Below, one piece after another: positions 17,075-26,649 of a stretch of 64,000 nucleotides of DNA (its first letter is position 1; every line of letters begins with the position of its first letter). The notes under the pieces were generated by a model. The model saw only the letters and a list, made by a program, of their open reading frames with translations. It had not been told where the DNA came from and did not search any database. The stretch covers positions 66,096-130,095 of the forward strand of contig CAYSOT010000001.1 in assembly GCA_964432765.1 (NCBI GenBank). Reading direction: 5' to 3'. This DNA comes from an uncultured Candidatus Saccharibacteria bacterium. Its GTDB lineage: Bacteria; Patescibacteriota; SICC01; CAYSOT01. A program made the translations under genes and the position numbers.

Positions 17075-18208
17075 ATGAAAAGAATTGCTTTCGGCCTACT
17101 CGCCCTCTGTCTTATCGCTCTTCCTCAAGGAGCATGGGCTGTCTCGACACAAACTGGCGAGGATATCGTGATCCCAGCAGCGCAGCCTCTCCAGGACGAT
17201 CTCTACGCCGTAGGAACAAACATTACAATCGATGGCACACTGGAGGGGGATCTCGTCGTGTTTGGTTCCACCGTGACAATTAACGGGGTGGTCAACGGAA
17301 ACGTCTGGGCGATGGCAGAAACGGTTAACGTTAAAGGAACCGTGACCGGCTCAGTTCGAGCTGCGGCAGGTACGGTGGAAATTTCTGGAAATGTGAAGAG
17401 GGATGCGGTAGTTGCTGCAAGCACCTTTAGGCTCACAAAAACCGGTATTATTGGTCGCGACGTAAAGCTTGCGGCTGCAACTGCAAACTTCGATGGGGCC
17501 GTTGTTCGAAATGTTTCAGTGCAAGCGCAGCGACCAGAAATTAATGGGGCCATCGGCGGAACGGCTCGGGTATCATCGGCAGAGGGGACAAAACTTGGCT
17601 CGACAGCCAACATCGCTGGCAATCTTACGGTAATAAGTAGCAACAGTATCAATCGCGACCCAGGGGCTGTAGTCCAAGGCACATTCAGTGAGGAAAAGCC
17701 CCAAAAATCCTACTCGGGCCACCTTCTCAGTCAATGGTACTGGTTCTTGGCTTCGCTGATTTTGCTGTTAGGCATGCTCGCCTATGCTCGTCGCGCCGTC
17801 TTGCGAGGACGAGACATCTTACTTGAGCGACCGTTGCTTGCCCCGCTACTGGGTATCGGGTTTGTGCTGCTTGTCCCCCTAGTGGCGCTGTTGATGATTG
17901 CCATTCTGGTTGGAATTCCGGTGGCGCTTGTTACTCTCGGGCTCTACGTACTTGTTCTCTACACGGCAAAAATATTCGTATCTATCCTGATTGGTTCAGT
18001 CCTTTTGCGGCTGCCAAACGCTCACGATGCGGCGTTTTGGAAAGTAGCCCTGGCTGGCATTCTGGGGCTTGCGTTCTACTACTTGCTGACCGCGGTACCG
18101 TTTATCGGAACACCGCTTGTAGTCTTGATCATGCTCTGGGGCGTCGGGGCACAGCTCCTGCTCGCCAAGGAAGTTTATGCCTCACTCAGAGCAAAGTACG
18201 GCGCCTGA
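17075..18208 (+). CDS. Signal-peptide protein with bactofilin/DUF583-like beta-helix repeats and a C-terminal polytopic membrane domain
   Basis: Signal peptide: MKRIAFGLLALCLIALPQGAWA. Repeated G(T/S)V-x-I/V-x-G-x-V segments follow (TIDGTLEGDLVVFGSTVTINGVVNGNVWAMAETVNVKGTVTGSV...), then 4-5 TM helices. Confidence 0.55.
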   Translation: MKRIAFGLLALCLIALPQGAWAVSTQTGEDIVIPAAQPLQDDLYAVGTNITIDGTLEGDLVVFGSTVTINGVVNGNVWAMAETVNVKGTVTGSVRAAAGTVEISGNVKRDAVVAASTFRLTKTGIIGRDVKLAAATANFDGAVVRNVSVQAQRPEINGAIGGTARVSSAEGTKLGSTANIAGNLTVISSNSINRDPGAVVQGTFSEEKPQKSYSGHLLSQWYWFLASLILLLGMLAYARRAVLRGRDILLERPLLAPLLGIGFVLLVPLVALLMIAILVGIPVALVTLGLYVLVLYTAKIFVSILIGSVLLRLPNAHDAAFWKVALAGILGLAFYYLLTAVPFIGTPLVVLIMLWGVGAQLLLAKEVYASLRAKYGA

Positions 18209-19276
18209 TCAAAGCATATGACCGTAGAGGGTAATGATCCCAGTCTTGTGGCGGATCATTATGTAATGGCCAAATCCTGACCCATCAGTGCGATTGTCAC
18301 GAATCACGACGCCATCGGCAGCGGCACGTATAGGAGAACCACAAGGTTGAACAAAGTCGATACCATTGTGAATATTGCCACCATACGCTCCTCCACGTGC
18401 CCAATCTGTCATCCCAAACGGTTGACTGATACTTCCATCGGGCTGATGAAGAATCGTCCAGAAGTTCGCGGGATCGACCCAGCGCCCATTCTCTATGACC
18501 GAAAAGTGGAGGTGGCATCCAGTTGAGTTCCCCGTTGAACCTTCAAATCCGATGATGTCTCCCTGGCGCACAGAAGCTCCGTCTTTATAGGTGCCCCACA
18601 ACGCGCCTCCGCTGCCTGCAAGGATTGCATCCTGAGCAGACTTTTCCCGCGCAATTTTTTCGTTAAGATAGGCTGCCTCATTCGCGCGGTTGGCAATCAT
18701 ATCGGCAAGTTCGGTTTTTTGTTGCGCCGTACCTTCCGAAAGCGCAACTAGTTGACGCTGCAGTACCTCGAGTGTCGAACGTTTTAGATCAAGGTCTGAC
18801 TTTGTGGTTTGCATACTTTCTGCGCTCTCTTGTGCTGAGTCAGAGATGTCTCTTAGCCTAGATTCGATCTGCTGTGCATAGGCAACCCGTGTCAGCGTAT
18901 CGCTTACAGAACCCCCTTCAGCCAAGAGGCGATATGGGTCTACCGGAGTTGTTGTGTAGTCTTTTTGAATTGCCGATTTCAAAATATCGAGACGGTGTCG
19001 ATACTCTTTCGTTTTCTGCTCGAGAGCCGGAACCAACTTATCTGACTCCGCCGACATTTGCGCAATCTTTTGCTCTGTTTCAGCTCGTTTGGCATCGGCG
19101 GTAGCAATGGTCGCCTGAAGCGCTTCAATCCGAGTGCCAAGCGCCCCGATTTCCGTATTGATTCCGTCAAGCGCTTGCTGATCTTTGGCTACCTGTTGAC
19201 CGAGATAGTCCTCATTTGCACTCACGGCCAGCGGCAGGGTTAAGCAAAGTGCCAGCAGAATTATATTTAGTCGCAT
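18209..19276 (-). CDS. M23 family metallopeptidase with N-terminal coiled-coil (EnvC-like murein DD-endopeptidase/activator)
   Basis: The signal peptide is followed by a long coiled-coil. The C-terminal M23 motifs are HNGIDF, GSTGNSTGCHLHFSV and HxH. Confidence 0.8.
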   Translation of the reverse strand: MRLNIILLALCLTLPLAVSANEDYLGQQVAKDQQALDGINTEIGALGTRIEALQATIATADAKRAETEQKIAQMSAESDKLVPALEQKTKEYRHRLDILKSAIQKDYTTTPVDPYRLLAEGGSVSDTLTRVAYAQQIESRLRDISDSAQESAESMQTTKSDLDLKRSTLEVLQRQLVALSEGTAQQKTELADMIANRANEAAYLNEKIAREKSAQDAILAGSGGALWGTYKDGASVRQGDIIGFEGSTGNSTGCHLHFSVIENGRWVDPANFWTILHQPDGSISQPFGMTDWARGGAYGGNIHNGIDFVQPCGSPIRAAADGVVIRDNRTDGSGFGHYIMIRHKTGIITLYGHML

Positions 19277-19331
19277 TTGTGGTTTTGGTAATCTAAAAAT
19301 TAGCTTACCTTACCACATTTTGAGCCTCTTG

Positions 19332-20174
19332 TCAATGCCTGGAGAGAATCTCGTGGGCTATGCTGCGCGCATCCTTCAGGGCTGCTGCTAACATGTTCGG
19401 ACCATGGTGCGCTTCTCCGGAAATGTAGAGTCGTTCGTGGTTTGTCCGACCATTGCCTGTGTGTTTGAACCCGCTATCACCAAGGATTTCTTCGTCGCGT
19501 CGCTGTCCTACCGCAACGACAACGATATCTGCTGTGATAAATTGCCTTCCGCGTACAGATTCGAATTGTACGTTGAGCGATGAGTTACGTGCGATGGCTC
19601 TCGCATGAACGCCATGGATGAATTCCACACCTCGCTCTTTTGCGAGCGTCACTTCGCGATCTTGAGCGGGGGCTTCGCCAGATGGGTGTTTCATTGCCAC
19701 CGTCGCTTTTGAAGCTCCTGACCAGAGCGACGCCATTGCCACATCTACGGCCGTATCACCACTACCAATCACGAGTACATCCCCTTTTGGCATGAGGTGA
19801 CCGCTGCGCAGTTGATACATATATTCAAGAGCTTGATACACATTGCCAAGTGTTTCACCCGGGATTGAAAGTGCTCTCCCTCGCGGAGCTCCAATAGCCA
19901 AAACAACGGTGTTGTATCGTTCAAGGAGCTCATCGAGATGGATGTGTTGCCCAAGTGTCTGGTTGTAGTGGTACATAACACCCGATTCTTGCAAGCGCCT
20001 GGCGGTTCGGCGAGATATAGCCGCTGGCATTCGATATCCTGGATACCCGTATCGTAATAATCCTCCGGGCTCAGATTGTTTTTCATAAATATCGACATGC
20101 CAGCCCGCCTTCGCAACGGTACGTGCGATTTCTGTGCCGGCCGGACCTGCCCCGACGACGGCTAGCTTTTTCAT
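19332..20174 (-). CDS. FAD/NAD(P)-binding oxidoreductase (GltD / pyridine nucleotide-disulfide oxidoreductase-like, lacks N-terminal Fe-S domain)
   Basis: The Rossmann motifs VVGAGPAG and VIGSGDTAVD are present, and PGGLLRYGYPGYRMP is GltD-like. It overlaps the upstream ALDH gene by 4 nt. Confidence 0.6.
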   Translation of the reverse strand: MKKLAVVGAGPAGTEIARTVAKAGWHVDIYEKQSEPGGLLRYGYPGYRMPAAISRRTARRLQESGVMYHYNQTLGQHIHLDELLERYNTVVLAIGAPRGRALSIPGETLGNVYQALEYMYQLRSGHLMPKGDVLVIGSGDTAVDVAMASLWSGASKATVAMKHPSGEAPAQDREVTLAKERGVEFIHGVHARAIARNSSLNVQFESVRGRQFITADIVVVAVGQRRDEEILGDSGFKHTGNGRTNHERLYISGEAHHGPNMLAAALKDARSIAHEILSRH

Positions 20175-21553
20175 TTTGGATTGCTGATGTAGGCTTTCGG
20201 TTTGCTCATCGCCTCAAGAGCGAAGCGTATGCCCTGAGCACCAAAGCCGGATTTCTTGTGGCCAATGAATAGAAATGAGTCTGGACCTCGTTGGTCTGGC
20301 CCATTGATATGAACGCCGCCCGCCTCGATTTGCTCGGCAATCGTTCGCGCTCTCGTGAAATCATTGCTAAATATACTTGCCTGGAGACCGTATTCGGAGT
20401 CATTCGCATATGCTACTGCCTGATCTTCTGAAGTAGTTGAAACCACCGGCAGAATTGGACCAAACTGCTCCTCAACAACAAGGCGAGTATTATGGGGGAT
20501 ATTATCTACGACGGTCGGTTCAAAAACTCTCCCGGTGCGCCCGCCGCCGTAGACTATCCGCCCGCCCGATCCGACTGCGTCATCCAGAAGTGTTTGTAGG
20601 TAATCTGCCTGTTGATCAGATATAACCGGACCGACGGAGTGTTGCCTTGGGTCGCCAGCCGAGGGAAATTGACGAGAGACTTCTTGTGTAAGCGCCGCAG
20701 TAAAACGCTCAGCAACTGATTCATCGACATAGACGCGCTTGACCGCTGTGCAGCGTTGCCCCGAATACTGAAAAGCGCCTTTTGCAATATGCTTTGCAGC
20801 GAGCTCGATATCCGCGTCCTTCAATACAAGAGCCGGATCATTACCTCCCAGTTCAAGCAGGAGCGAAACCATTCCAGTCTTCGCAGCAATTTTTTGACCG
20901 ACGCCGGTTGAACCAGTCATGGCCACCATCGCCAGTGATTCGTGCTCGAGCAGTGCATCACCAATTACGCCCCCGGATCCCGTTAGGCAAATAAGCACAT
21001 CCGCCGGTATGCCAGCCTCAATAAATAGTTCCGTCATGCGACTTCCAACAAGCGAACCAGCCGTTGGCGGCTTAAACAGAACTGTATTGCCTACCATTAG
21101 CGCTGGTGCAAGTTTTGAGACCGCCAAATTTACCGGATAGTTGAATGGGGCAATTGCCAAAACAACGCCGAGCGGAACTCGTACAATCTCCTGCACTCGT
21201 CCAGCGGGCGTGCCTGGCATACTCTCGGAGCCAATTTTTTCGGGCTTCATGGCCTCTGCTGTCTCGACTGTTACATCGATAAGGTCTGCTGTGCGCAGCA
21301 CTTCTGTCTTAGCCTCTGAGGGAGTCTTAGCAATTTCACGCACAATCAGTTCCGCGAGTTCATCGACGCTATCGCGCAGTGCGCTTGAGCAGGCGTGTAA
21401 CAACTTGGCCCGCTCTACCGGTGGCTTTTCGGCCCATTCGGGCTGGCTGGCAGCAAGACGGTCATAAGCCTGCGCAACATCGATGGGACGAGCAGCCGGA
21501 ACTGTGCCAACAATGGTGTTATCGATCGGGGATGTAATTTTGATCTTTTCCAT
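20171..21553 (-). CDS. NAD(P)-dependent aldehyde dehydrogenase (GapN-like non-phosphorylating G3P dehydrogenase family)
   Basis: The 460 aa ALDH superfamily protein has a catalytic Cys in FQYSGQRCTA and Glu in LELGGNDP. The GapN-like call is by overall resemblance only. Confidence 0.75.
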   Translation of the reverse strand: MEKIKITSPIDNTIVGTVPAARPIDVAQAYDRLAASQPEWAEKPPVERAKLLHACSSALRDSVDELAELIVREIAKTPSEAKTEVLRTADLIDVTVETAEAMKPEKIGSESMPGTPAGRVQEIVRVPLGVVLAIAPFNYPVNLAVSKLAPALMVGNTVLFKPPTAGSLVGSRMTELFIEAGIPADVLICLTGSGGVIGDALLEHESLAMVAMTGSTGVGQKIAAKTGMVSLLLELGGNDPALVLKDADIELAAKHIAKGAFQYSGQRCTAVKRVYVDESVAERFTAALTQEVSRQFPSAGDPRQHSVGPVISDQQADYLQTLLDDAVGSGGRIVYGGGRTGRVFEPTVVDNIPHNTRLVVEEQFGPILPVVSTTSEDQAVAYANDSEYGLQASIFSNDFTRARTIAEQIEAGGVHINGPDQRGPDSFLFIGHKKSGFGAQGIRFALEAMSKPKAYISNPK

Positions 21554-21578
21554 GCAATCTGTGCGTATTGTACCACCG

Positions 21579-23747
21579 CTACGCTCGTCGTCTCGGAAAG
21601 AGCATTGTTACTGTTGTTCCCACGTCCTGTTGTGAATCAATCATTAACCGGCCGCCCATACGCTCTATAAGCTCTTTGGTTATGAAGAGTCCCAGGCCAG
21701 TACCACCGGCTTTCACCGACAGTGATGTGTATTCGCGGAAGAACTTATCGTAAATACGCTTGAGATTTTCCTGATGAATTCCGATCCCATTATCTACGAC
21801 ACGTATCGCGATATTACGCCCTTCTCGCAACGTCTCTACCGTCACTTTACCCCCACTGGGCGTGTATTTGTTTGCATTATCAAGGACGTTCGAAATTATC
21901 TGGCGCAGCTTCAGCACATCAACTCGCATCCGGTCGGAATTTTCTAGAGAATCCTTATACGATAGACGGGTTTTACGGGCGGCAAATGCTGGTCGCATTT
22001 CGCGGATAACCTCTCGCACTAACTTGGCTGGCTTTATCTGCTCATAATGCAAAGTGGTACGACCCTCTTCTAGACGGGCAACGTTTAGAAGGTCTTCAAT
22101 CAACTTCGAAAGGCGTATCGCCGCTTCAAAAGCACGGTCAGTAAACTGGGGAAAACGATCTTCTGGTACACCGTTTTTCATCATTGCCAGATAGCCCATG
22201 AGTGCCGTTATGGGGGTACGCAATTCGTGTGAAGCGATGCTGACAAACTCTCGCTGTCGTTGTTGGAGTTCATACTGTTCTGTAATATCACGCGCCGTTC
22301 CAACAAGACGTGCATTACGCCGGGAGCTTCCAGCCAAACGTTCACCACGGATTTCCAAAATACGAACAGCTCCATCGTCATCCCGAACAATACGATGAAC
22401 ACCGTTCATGGGTTTACCGGATGTGCGTGCTTTTTTAACCATTTCCTCGAATTCTTCGCGGTCTTCGGGGTGCACCAATTTCAAATAATGCTGATAGGTT
22501 GGTCGTTTCAAAGAATGGAACCCGAGTATTCTAAACAGCTCCGGTGACCACTCCATGAAACGCTTCGATGGATCCCAGCGCCAACTGCCGATGTGCGCAA
22601 TTTCTTGGGCTGCCTCTAGGGTTGCGGTACTTTCGCGAATCCGCTGTTCCATAGTCTTGTAGAGCCCTTGCAACTCAGTTGCCATGTGGTTTACAGAAAT
22701 TGCCAAGCCCCCGAGTTCGTCGCTTGACTCAACCGTTACGCGACGGGAGAAATCCCCGCGGGCATAACGTTTTGTTGCTTCGGTAATCCGGTTGAGGGGA
22801 CGAACGATGAGACGCGTCAGCTCAAGCGTAAGGATGATCATTAAAACTGCCAGCACGATACCGAAAAAGAGAACGAGGTTTCTCAGATTACGGACAGCTT
22901 GAAGCGCTTCGGCGCGATCCTGTTTTACAACCAGTCCCCAACCCGGATCATCGAGATAGCGCGTCGCTACGAGTACTTGTTTGTTACGATAATCTACAAG
23001 ATCTCTAAATGTGCCTTCACTTGTGCTAAGCGCCTGGGTCGTAGGCTTGCGCGGATTCATTACAGTGAATTTCTTACTAAGCGGTGCACTGGAGTCATTA
23101 CGCAGCGGTGTTAGAACCACCATGGAACCATCGTCAACCTGATGTACTAGGTAGAACTCTCCTGTCGTGCCAAATCCTTGGGCATTATTCATTGCAGCAA
23201 TGAGAGAATCAGCGGGATAGGCAATCTGAATTGCACCAATAAATAATCCCCCTTCCACAACCGGTTTATTGATCAAGACAGCGAGACTTTGATCGGGCAG
23301 CCTTATAATGTCGGCTACTCGTTTACCCGATCTTAGGACTTCAGCGTCGCGTTTGCTAAGTGCTGATAGGGAGTCGCCCGGACCAAAGGTGGAAGTCCTA
23401 ACTGTCATGTCTGGACCAAGTACCGATACTCCCCTTATTTCGGGAAGCTGATTCTTTGCATTCGCGATGTCAGAATTCACAGTAGCGATTGGTGCAGTGC
23501 CTGTAAGGTACTGCTTTGTGCTCTCTTCAAGCGCAAAAGAGCTCAAGGCTACTGAGGCTTTCTCGTAATAAAGGTTTGTAACGTCATTGATACGACCCTC
23601 TTTTTCAGCAGCAAGAGACCTTAAGTTGTCCAGCGTTGTACGTTCAAGGGACGAACGCGCATTGCTATAGAGAACCAAACTTAATACCAGAAGCGGTATC
23701 AGCGACACAATTAAAAACAGCGCGATTAGTTTCTTCGTAATGCTCAT
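21579..23747 (-). CDS. Sensor histidine kinase (extracytoplasmic Cache-like domain, HAMP, PAS, HisKA, HATPase_c)
   Basis: TM1 is followed by a ~250-aa periplasmic domain and TM2. Then come a HAMP domain (RPLNRITEATKRYARGDFSRR), a PAS domain, the H-box SHELRTPITAL, and the N/G boxes NANKYT and GGTGLGL. Confidence 0.85.
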   Translation of the reverse strand: MSITKKLIALFLIVSLIPLLVLSLVLYSNARSSLERTTLDNLRSLAAEKEGRINDVTNLYYEKASVALSSFALEESTKQYLTGTAPIATVNSDIANAKNQLPEIRGVSVLGPDMTVRTSTFGPGDSLSALSKRDAEVLRSGKRVADIIRLPDQSLAVLINKPVVEGGLFIGAIQIAYPADSLIAAMNNAQGFGTTGEFYLVHQVDDGSMVVLTPLRNDSSAPLSKKFTVMNPRKPTTQALSTSEGTFRDLVDYRNKQVLVATRYLDDPGWGLVVKQDRAEALQAVRNLRNLVLFFGIVLAVLMIILTLELTRLIVRPLNRITEATKRYARGDFSRRVTVESSDELGGLAISVNHMATELQGLYKTMEQRIRESTATLEAAQEIAHIGSWRWDPSKRFMEWSPELFRILGFHSLKRPTYQHYLKLVHPEDREEFEEMVKKARTSGKPMNGVHRIVRDDDGAVRILEIRGERLAGSSRRNARLVGTARDITEQYELQQRQREFVSIASHELRTPITALMGYLAMMKNGVPEDRFPQFTDRAFEAAIRLSKLIEDLLNVARLEEGRTTLHYEQIKPAKLVREVIREMRPAFAARKTRLSYKDSLENSDRMRVDVLKLRQIISNVLDNANKYTPSGGKVTVETLREGRNIAIRVVDNGIGIHQENLKRIYDKFFREYTSLSVKAGGTGLGLFITKELIERMGGRLMIDSQQDVGTTVTMLFPRRRA

Positions 23748-23823
23748 CAGGAGTCTCGATGCTCATCTATACCGTGAGAGCGGACACAATGCAACGTGAT
23801 AGTTGCCAGTTCTCACTTGCTTG

Positions 23824-23897
23824 TCGGGGCGGCGGGATTTGAACCCACGACCTCATCGTCCCGAACGATGCGCGCTACCAGGCTGCGCCACGCCCCG
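23824..23897 (-). tRNA. tRNA-Pro (CGG)
   Basis: RC = CGGGGCGTGGCGCAGCCTGGTAGCGCGCATCGTTCGGGACGATGAGGTCGTGGGTTCAAATCCCGCCGCCCCGA. The anticodon stem is CATCG/CGATG, the loop is uuCGGga, and the acceptor is 7 bp. Confidence 0.9.
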
Positions 23898-23913
23898 ATC
23901 AGGTCAATTCTAG

Positions 23914-24555
23914 CTAGTTTTGGGCTGCCAGGCGAGCGGCGAACGTGGGCGCATACGATCCAACCAGTTGCCGTGGCTCAAATGGCGCATAGCCCTCTAG
24001 ATTCCAAATATCAGAAAAATAAGCTTCGAGCTCAGCTTTAGTCCGAACGAGTGGGTATAATTCTCCCCACCTAAGCTCTCGACGATATTGAGCATGCTCT
24101 GCTTTATCCATATGCGTTGCCTGGAAACGCACAACAACCATTGCAGCCCATTCGGCTACAAGTGGGATTTCGCTCCGTCGGAAAATAGCGATCTTCTCTT
24201 CTGGAAAGACGGGCGAATCCGGCCTGTTTTCATAGTCTTCTACCATACCGAACTGTCTAAAGAACTGGCTAAACGTTGCGTCAATTAAAAGCGGATCATC
24301 CGCATCGACTACAGCAATTACGTGGCTCGAATACTCATCTTGAACTGGGATACGATGCCTAATCATCGACTGTGCAGGAAATCCTTCAGCTTGTAGGAAC
24401 AGGGCGATACTTTCCGAACAAATTCCACAGCGGCTTTGCCGCAAACGGAGATCTGAGGGTAACACAGAATCGACTGAGTTAAATTCTCCCAATAACTCTT
24501 CGAGTGCTTCGGCTTTAGATTCAATTAATTCGACTGGTGGTATCTTTTCCGGCAT
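23914..24555 (-). CDS. Hypothetical Cys-His-Asp protein, arylamine N-acetyltransferase (NAT)-like fold
   Basis: RCGICSESIALF resembles the NAT R-G-G-x-C-x-E-x-N catalytic Cys motif. A downstream SSHVIAVVD...DATF could supply the His and Asp. At 213 aa it is shorter than canonical NATs, so this is tentative. Confidence 0.35.
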   Translation of the reverse strand: MPEKIPPVELIESKAEALEELLGEFNSVDSVLPSDLRLRQSRCGICSESIALFLQAEGFPAQSMIRHRIPVQDEYSSHVIAVVDADDPLLIDATFSQFFRQFGMVEDYENRPDSPVFPEEKIAIFRRSEIPLVAEWAAMVVVRFQATHMDKAEHAQYRRELRWGELYPLVRTKAELEAYFSDIWNLEGYAPFEPRQLVGSYAPTFAARLAAQN

Positions 24556-24572
24556 AGCGCCCTATATTAGCT

Positions 24573-26060
24573 ATGATAGAGAGGAACGTAAACTACGCTA
24601 TGAAGATTTCTACCGGCACAAGTTTTCCTAAATCACTGCGGGCTCTTGTATTGGTGATACCTGAAAACGGTTCCACGCAGCTTGGCATCTTAAGTAAAGG
24701 CGCTGCGAAGATTGTTTCGTCAGAAATTTCGCGACGGAAACTTAAGGGCGCCCCCGGTGAGGCAGCGGTTATTCGAACTGGTCTAGTGGGTCCTGAAGGT
24801 CACGTTATCGTCATCGGAGGCGGAAAGGATGCTGACTCAGAAACGTGGCGATCCGTTACAGCGGCGGCTATTAAAACTGCCACCGAACACGCTTTGACAA
24901 GCGTGGGGATGGATCTTCCGAAGGCGTCTACTGCTGAATTCACGCGTGCTATTGCTGGCTCTGCCCATCTTGCTTCGTATCGCTATACGAAACACCACAG
25001 CAAGGCGACCCAAACCCGCGAAACGCTTCTCTATCTAAGAACCACCAGTGGCAAGCTTAATGACACAAAACAGGCAATCCAGGCCGGTGTCATCGAAGCA
25101 GAGGCTACCATTCTGGCGCGCGATTTGGTTAATGAACCACCATCGCTGCTTACTCCGCGCAACTTGGCTGCAGAGGCTAAACGGATCGGACGGGCAGGCG
25201 GACTAACTGCAACCGTACTTAGCAAGAAGCAGATGGAGCGCCTTGGTTTTCATGCGACACTCGCTGTTGCTAAAGGCTCGAACGAAGAGCCGTGTTTTAT
25301 CAAGCTAAGTTACTCACCTCGCAGCACACGTAAGCACGTCGTTCTAGTCGGAAAGGGAGTCACCTACGATGCCGGCGGAATTAATATCAAGCCAAGTCGT
25401 GGTGGCAGCCTCGAAGACATGAAAATGGACATGGCCGGAGCAGCCGCCGTGATGGCAACTTTGTCGGCCCTTCCTAAGCTGAAACTCCCGGTTAAAGTAA
25501 CGGCTTACGTCGCTGCGACAGAAAATCTGCTCGGCGGATCTGCATATAAGCCGGGCGACGTCGTGCGGGCATACAACGGCAAGAGTATTGAGATTACAAA
25601 TACCGACGCAGAGGGCAGGCTAACACTTGCCGATGCTCTCTCATACGCAATCGCTAAAGATAAGCCAGATACTATAATCGACTTGGCCACTCTCACCGGG
25701 GCGGCCATAGTTGCGCTTGGTGATAAGATTGCAGCACTTTTTTCAAATAATGATGAGCTTTCCCGCGCGCTCTGGAAGGCAAGCAAACAGAGCGGTGAAC
25801 GTATTTGGAAAATGCCACTCCCACACGATTACAACGAGATGATAAAAGGCCGAATCGCGGATCTTGATAACTCGGGCGCAAGCGGTGCCGGAACCATTAC
25901 GGCAGCCCTCTTTCTGCAAAATTTTGTTGGCAATACACCCTGGGCTCATCTCGACATCGCTGGCCCAGCTTTCTCGAGTAAGGAGTCTGGGTACTTGGCC
26001 CGCGGCGGAACTGGTTTTGGCGTACGTCTTTTGCTCGAGTATCTTGGGTCAATCAAGTAA
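24573..26060 (+). CDS. pepA: Leucyl aminopeptidase (M17 family)
   Basis: The M17 signature NTDAEGRLTLADAL is present, together with metal ligands in VGKGVTYDAGG and DMAGAAAV. Confidence 0.9.
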   Translation: MIERNVNYAMKISTGTSFPKSLRALVLVIPENGSTQLGILSKGAAKIVSSEISRRKLKGAPGEAAVIRTGLVGPEGHVIVIGGGKDADSETWRSVTAAAIKTATEHALTSVGMDLPKASTAEFTRAIAGSAHLASYRYTKHHSKATQTRETLLYLRTTSGKLNDTKQAIQAGVIEAEATILARDLVNEPPSLLTPRNLAAEAKRIGRAGGLTATVLSKKQMERLGFHATLAVAKGSNEEPCFIKLSYSPRSTRKHVVLVGKGVTYDAGGINIKPSRGGSLEDMKMDMAGAAAVMATLSALPKLKLPVKVTAYVAATENLLGGSAYKPGDVVRAYNGKSIEITNTDAEGRLTLADALSYAIAKDKPDTIIDLATLTGAAIVALGDKIAALFSNNDELSRALWKASKQSGERIWKMPLPHDYNEMIKGRIADLDNSGASGAGTITAALFLQNFVGNTPWAHLDIAGPAFSSKESGYLARGGTGFGVRLLLEYLGSIK

Positions 26061-26434
26061 TGCTGTCATCGCACTTCGCAAACGATGTTGAGCGCATCGT
26101 GAAGATGGTCCCGCGGGGCCGCCTGGTTACTTATGGTCAAATAGCAGCTTTACTTGGGATGCCGCGTGCCGCGCGGGCTGTTGGGTGGACCGCCCATTGG
26201 GGAGATCCGGATGTTCCCTGGCAGCGAGTAGTCAACCGGAATGGACGGGTTGCGCCGGGTTGGCCAGGAGGCATGCATGCGCACGCCGCCGCACTTGCCA
26301 AAGAGGGTATCAGTATTAACGAAGACTTCTGTGCGGAATTAGAAAAATACCAATGGATACCGTCGGAAAAGGTAATCCAGGAGCTTGGCCTCGAGCCGCT
26401 AGATAAGAAAAACTTTCCCTACGCTTCCGGGTAG
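26060..26434 (+). CDS. Alkyltransferase-like (ATL) protein: MGMT DNA-binding domain with Trp replacing the active-site Cys
   Basis: RLVTYGQIAALLGMPRAARAVG...VPWQRVVNRNGRV carries PWQRV in place of the PCHRV active site of O6-alkylguanine-DNA alkyltransferases. This is the hallmark of ATL damage-sensor proteins. Confidence 0.75.
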   Translation: MLSSHFANDVERIVKMVPRGRLVTYGQIAALLGMPRAARAVGWTAHWGDPDVPWQRVVNRNGRVAPGWPGGMHAHAAALAKEGISINEDFCAELEKYQWIPSEKVIQELGLEPLDKKNFPYASG

Positions 26435-26649
26435 AGCTGCTTTCCGTTTTCATCGTAAACCGTAATGGCAGCAGTTGGACACGATTTTGCAGCATCGAGA
26501 ATCATTTCAAGATCTTCGAGGCTGGCACCTTCTTTCACATAAGCCTTCCCATCGTCACCAAGATCAAAAACGTCTGGGGCAATAGCAACGCAGCTTGCCG
26601 CACCGATACAGAGATCTTCGTTCACGACCACTTTAGAAATTCTCGTCAT
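26419..26649 (-). CDS. Ferredoxin (single-cluster, Cys-x-x-A-x-x-C...CP type)
   Basis: The 76 aa protein has VVNEDLCIGAASCVAIAPDVF...AAKSCPTAAI, a ferredoxin fold with three or four Cys. Confidence 0.7.
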   Translation of the reverse strand: MTRISKVVVNEDLCIGAASCVAIAPDVFDLGDDGKAYVKEGASLEDLEMILDAAKSCPTAAITVYDENGKQLYPEA

